Part shown: piece by piece, positions 61,376 to 64,000 of the stretch
How the letters are laid out: each line of letters starts with the position of its first letter
How positions within the stretch are numbered: the first letter of the stretch is position 1
Source: Amoebophrya sp. A120
Taxonomy: Eukaryota; Protista; Dinoflagellata
DNA: 64,000 bases
Assembly (NCBI GenBank): GCA_905178155.1
Contig: CAJINV010000003.1
Span: forward strand, 10,919,272-10,983,271
Reading direction: 5' to 3'
The notes under the pieces: model-generated
The model's database searches: none
What the model was told of the DNA's origin: nothing
Seen by the model: the letters and a program-made list of their open reading frames with translations, nothing else
Position numbers and translations under genes: made by a program

Positions 61376-63057
61376 ATGCAGCAGCGCACGTCACGGGATC
61401 CGTCGAAGTCCTCCTCTGCGGGGTCACAACAAGGGGCCAGCGGAACAAGCTTGTTGGACATCCCAAACCGCGACAGTACCGCCTCCGCAAGTAGTTCCTC
61501 GAAAAGAACACAGCCTACGCCCAAACAGGACTACTTGCGGCGAACCAGCAGCATGCCACACGATTCCCTGCAGGCCCAGGGGGAATACTATCACACCTAC
61601 CTTTGTTTGGACAAAATTCTCGAGGCACAGCACCCAGTAAGTGGGTACCCCGGGGGGGCTCCCGCATCAATCAGCACCACACGAGTGGCGGCCGGCCCCA
61701 GCAGTCCAGCTGAAGGACCGCCTGCACAACTCGTCCACGGAAGTGCTTTATTGCCTTCTTCCCTTTATCACAGTGTTGGCAGTTCGGAGGCGAAAGCAGC
61801 ATCTCCCCTCGTGCCTGGGACGAAACTAAGCGGCTGTCCTGGAGGGACTACGGCGCAGCACGTCGATAGTGCGAAGATACCAAGAACGCCACTACATCAT
61901 GATGATACAGCCGCGACAGCAGGTGCAGCTGGCTCATCTGCACCACAGCTTCCGCAGGGAGTCCAAACTTCCGAAGACGCAGGCAGCATTCCACACCAAG
62001 TGACACAAACCAGCAACGCGTCGAGGCCTCCAGCGCACGAAGAGATGCTGTTTATTGTGATCCACCAGACCTACGAGCTGTGGTTCAAGCAAATTCTGCA
62101 TGAACTCGAAGCCGTGCACGAAATTTTTTCGCGGACCTGCGTGCCCGAGAACAGCATCTGCGACGTGTGCAACATGCTGTACCGCGTCACCAGGATACAG
62201 GAAGTGCTGATCCAGCAGATAACCGTCCTGGAAACCATGACCCCCATGGCGTTCCTCGAGTTTCGTGACTACCTCGTGCCGGCGTCGGGCTTTCAGTCCT
62301 GGCAGTTTCGCATGATCGAAATCGCCCTCGGCATACCCCTAGCCCGGCGCAAGTACGGGACCGAGGCGTTTCTGAAGGGAGTCTTCCAAAAGCAGCACTT
62401 GGAAATGCTAGAAAAGTGGTCGGAGCGACCCAGTCTCGCAGATCTGGTGGAAAGATGGTTGGAGCGGCTGCCGTTCTACCAGACAGAAGAGTACGACTTC
62501 TGGCAGGAGTTTAAGGTTGCGGTTGATGACATGTGCGACAATGACGAGGCGTTGGTAAACAAGGTGCTGGCAGAGGAGAAGCGAGAGGTGGAGTTAAAGG
62601 TATGTTTTTTTCGCTGTCAAGCGAGAGCGCTGCTCTTCTGGCTTGTCCCTATTTTTATTTTGTCGCCCAGCCTTTTAATTTTGTGAAACCAGCACTGAAA
62701 TGTATGACAGATATGCATTGGTATAGACGTTGACGTTTACGTGTTGCGAAGTTGTAGCTCACCCTTGTTGACCACGTTTCCGAGAAGCTACGTCTAGGAC
62801 AAGGAAAACCATGAATCCTAGAAGAATCATCAATCGCCCAAGATAATTTATTCCAGGCTATCCGCAGCGTTCGGTCATCCTTTGCAAGTCTTTTGGACCC
62901 GGACATGCATAAGGAAATGATGAGCCGGAAGGTGCGGCGATGGTCCCAGAAGGCAACCCTCGCTGCACTGTTTATCTTTCTCTACCGCAACGAACCCATG
63001 CTGTCAAACCCGTTTCGACTACTAAATTTGTTGATGGAAATCGACGAAAACTTCACG
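61376..63057 (+). CDS. TDO2: Tryptophan 2,3-dioxygenase, 3'-partial (exon 1 61376-62599, exon 2 62857-~63057)
   Basis: YHTYLCLDKILEAQ, HEEMLFIVIHQTYELWFKQILHEL, LETMTPMAFLEFRDYLVPASGFQSWQFR, LVERWLERLP, LYRNEP..PFRLLNLLMEIDE. GT-AG intron 62600-62856. Confidence 0.95.
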
Positions 63058-63264
63058 ATAAGCATTGCAAATATAATATTGCTCAAGCATTCGCACTGCT
63101 GGTGCCGGCGTATGAAGTAATATGCTTCTTTTTGTCCTCCAGAGAATTAAATCGTGCGCATTCATTTTTATTGCATCTGCAACAAGAATAGAAGATTTTG
63201 CTTTGGGACTAAGTTCTATAACTCCTATTGCTGAGCGGTGCGAGTTAAAAGTTTGCGACAGGGA

Positions 63265-64000
63265 GGAAAATCGCCCACGTCGAAACTTTTTTTGCAATTT
63301 CCAAACTTTCAAAAGCTTTCGCGAGTTCGCCCACCGCCCACTGTCCATCACCCATTCGTCCCATGTCCATCGCCCAGTCGCCCCCTGTCCATGGTCCAAT
63401 GTCCATCGCGCAACTTCTATCGCCAAATGTCCAAACTTTGCGCCGGAAAAGAAATTCGCCCACGTCGGCAATTTTTTTGCAATTTTCAAACCTTCGAAAG
63501 CTTTTGCGAGCATTCGCCCATCGCCCAACGCCCAGCCGCCCGATGTCCATCACCCATTCGCCCAAGGTCCATCGCACAACGTACGTCCGTCGCGCAATGT
63601 CCTGCGCCCAACGTCCATCGCCCAATGTCCATCGCCCAATCCCGACGAGTTTTTTTTTCCGTTTGCAATATTTTCAAGAAGAAACATTTTGCAACTCCCA
63701 ACAAAATTTTTGCTCCGTATTCACAGGCTCTTTGCCGTTTCCAAAGCTCCCAAACAAAAGCAAACTTTCTCCAACCCGAAATATTTCGCAACGCAAAATA
63801 TTTCGCGCGTGAAAATATTTCGCCATCCAAAATATTTCGCCACTCGATATGTTTTGCAACTCAAAATATTTCGCGCCTTGAAATACCTTGCGCCGAGAAA
63901 TATTTTGCAACCGCCGCAAATATTTTCAGCGGAAAACATCCAGCGGGAAACGGCCAACGGGAAACGGCCAACGGGAAACGGCCAACGGGAAACGGCCAAC
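63265..64000. repeat. Composite minisatellite region in the TDO intron, running off the window
   Basis: A ~75-bp block occurs twice (~63267, ~63453). Also TGTCCATCGCCCA-like repeats, AAAATATTTCGC repeats (63778-63930) and CGGGAAACGGCCAA x4 (63944-64000). Confidence 0.85.

Overview
This is eukaryotic, intron-rich genomic DNA. All eight recognisable host genes lie on the + strand: a multi-EGF/Ig-like membrane protein, two secreted or membrane hypotheticals, a CLC-family anion transporter, an ABC-F ATPase, a long low-complexity hypothetical, an MFS-like transporter and tryptophan 2,3-dioxygenase. Many introns are not GT-AG. They are ~170-400 nt elements flanked by short direct repeats, often with terminal inverted repeats (introner-like). 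Together with the co-oriented genes, this resembles the parasitic dinoflagellate Amoebophrya (inference). The standout feature is a 5.8 kb tyrosine-recombinase retrotransposon (45798-51613, - strand) with identical split direct repeats. Its layout is atypical: the internal repeat junction lies upstream of the ORFs, the order is YR, then Gag(CCCH), then RT as three well-separated ORFs, and no RNase H is visible. Several ~1 kb non-coding insertions carry palindromic or minisatellite arrays, and one is flanked by a 43-bp in-frame direct repeat. Gene models were pieced together by eye, so exon boundaries are approximate. No rRNA, tRNA or CRISPR was seen.
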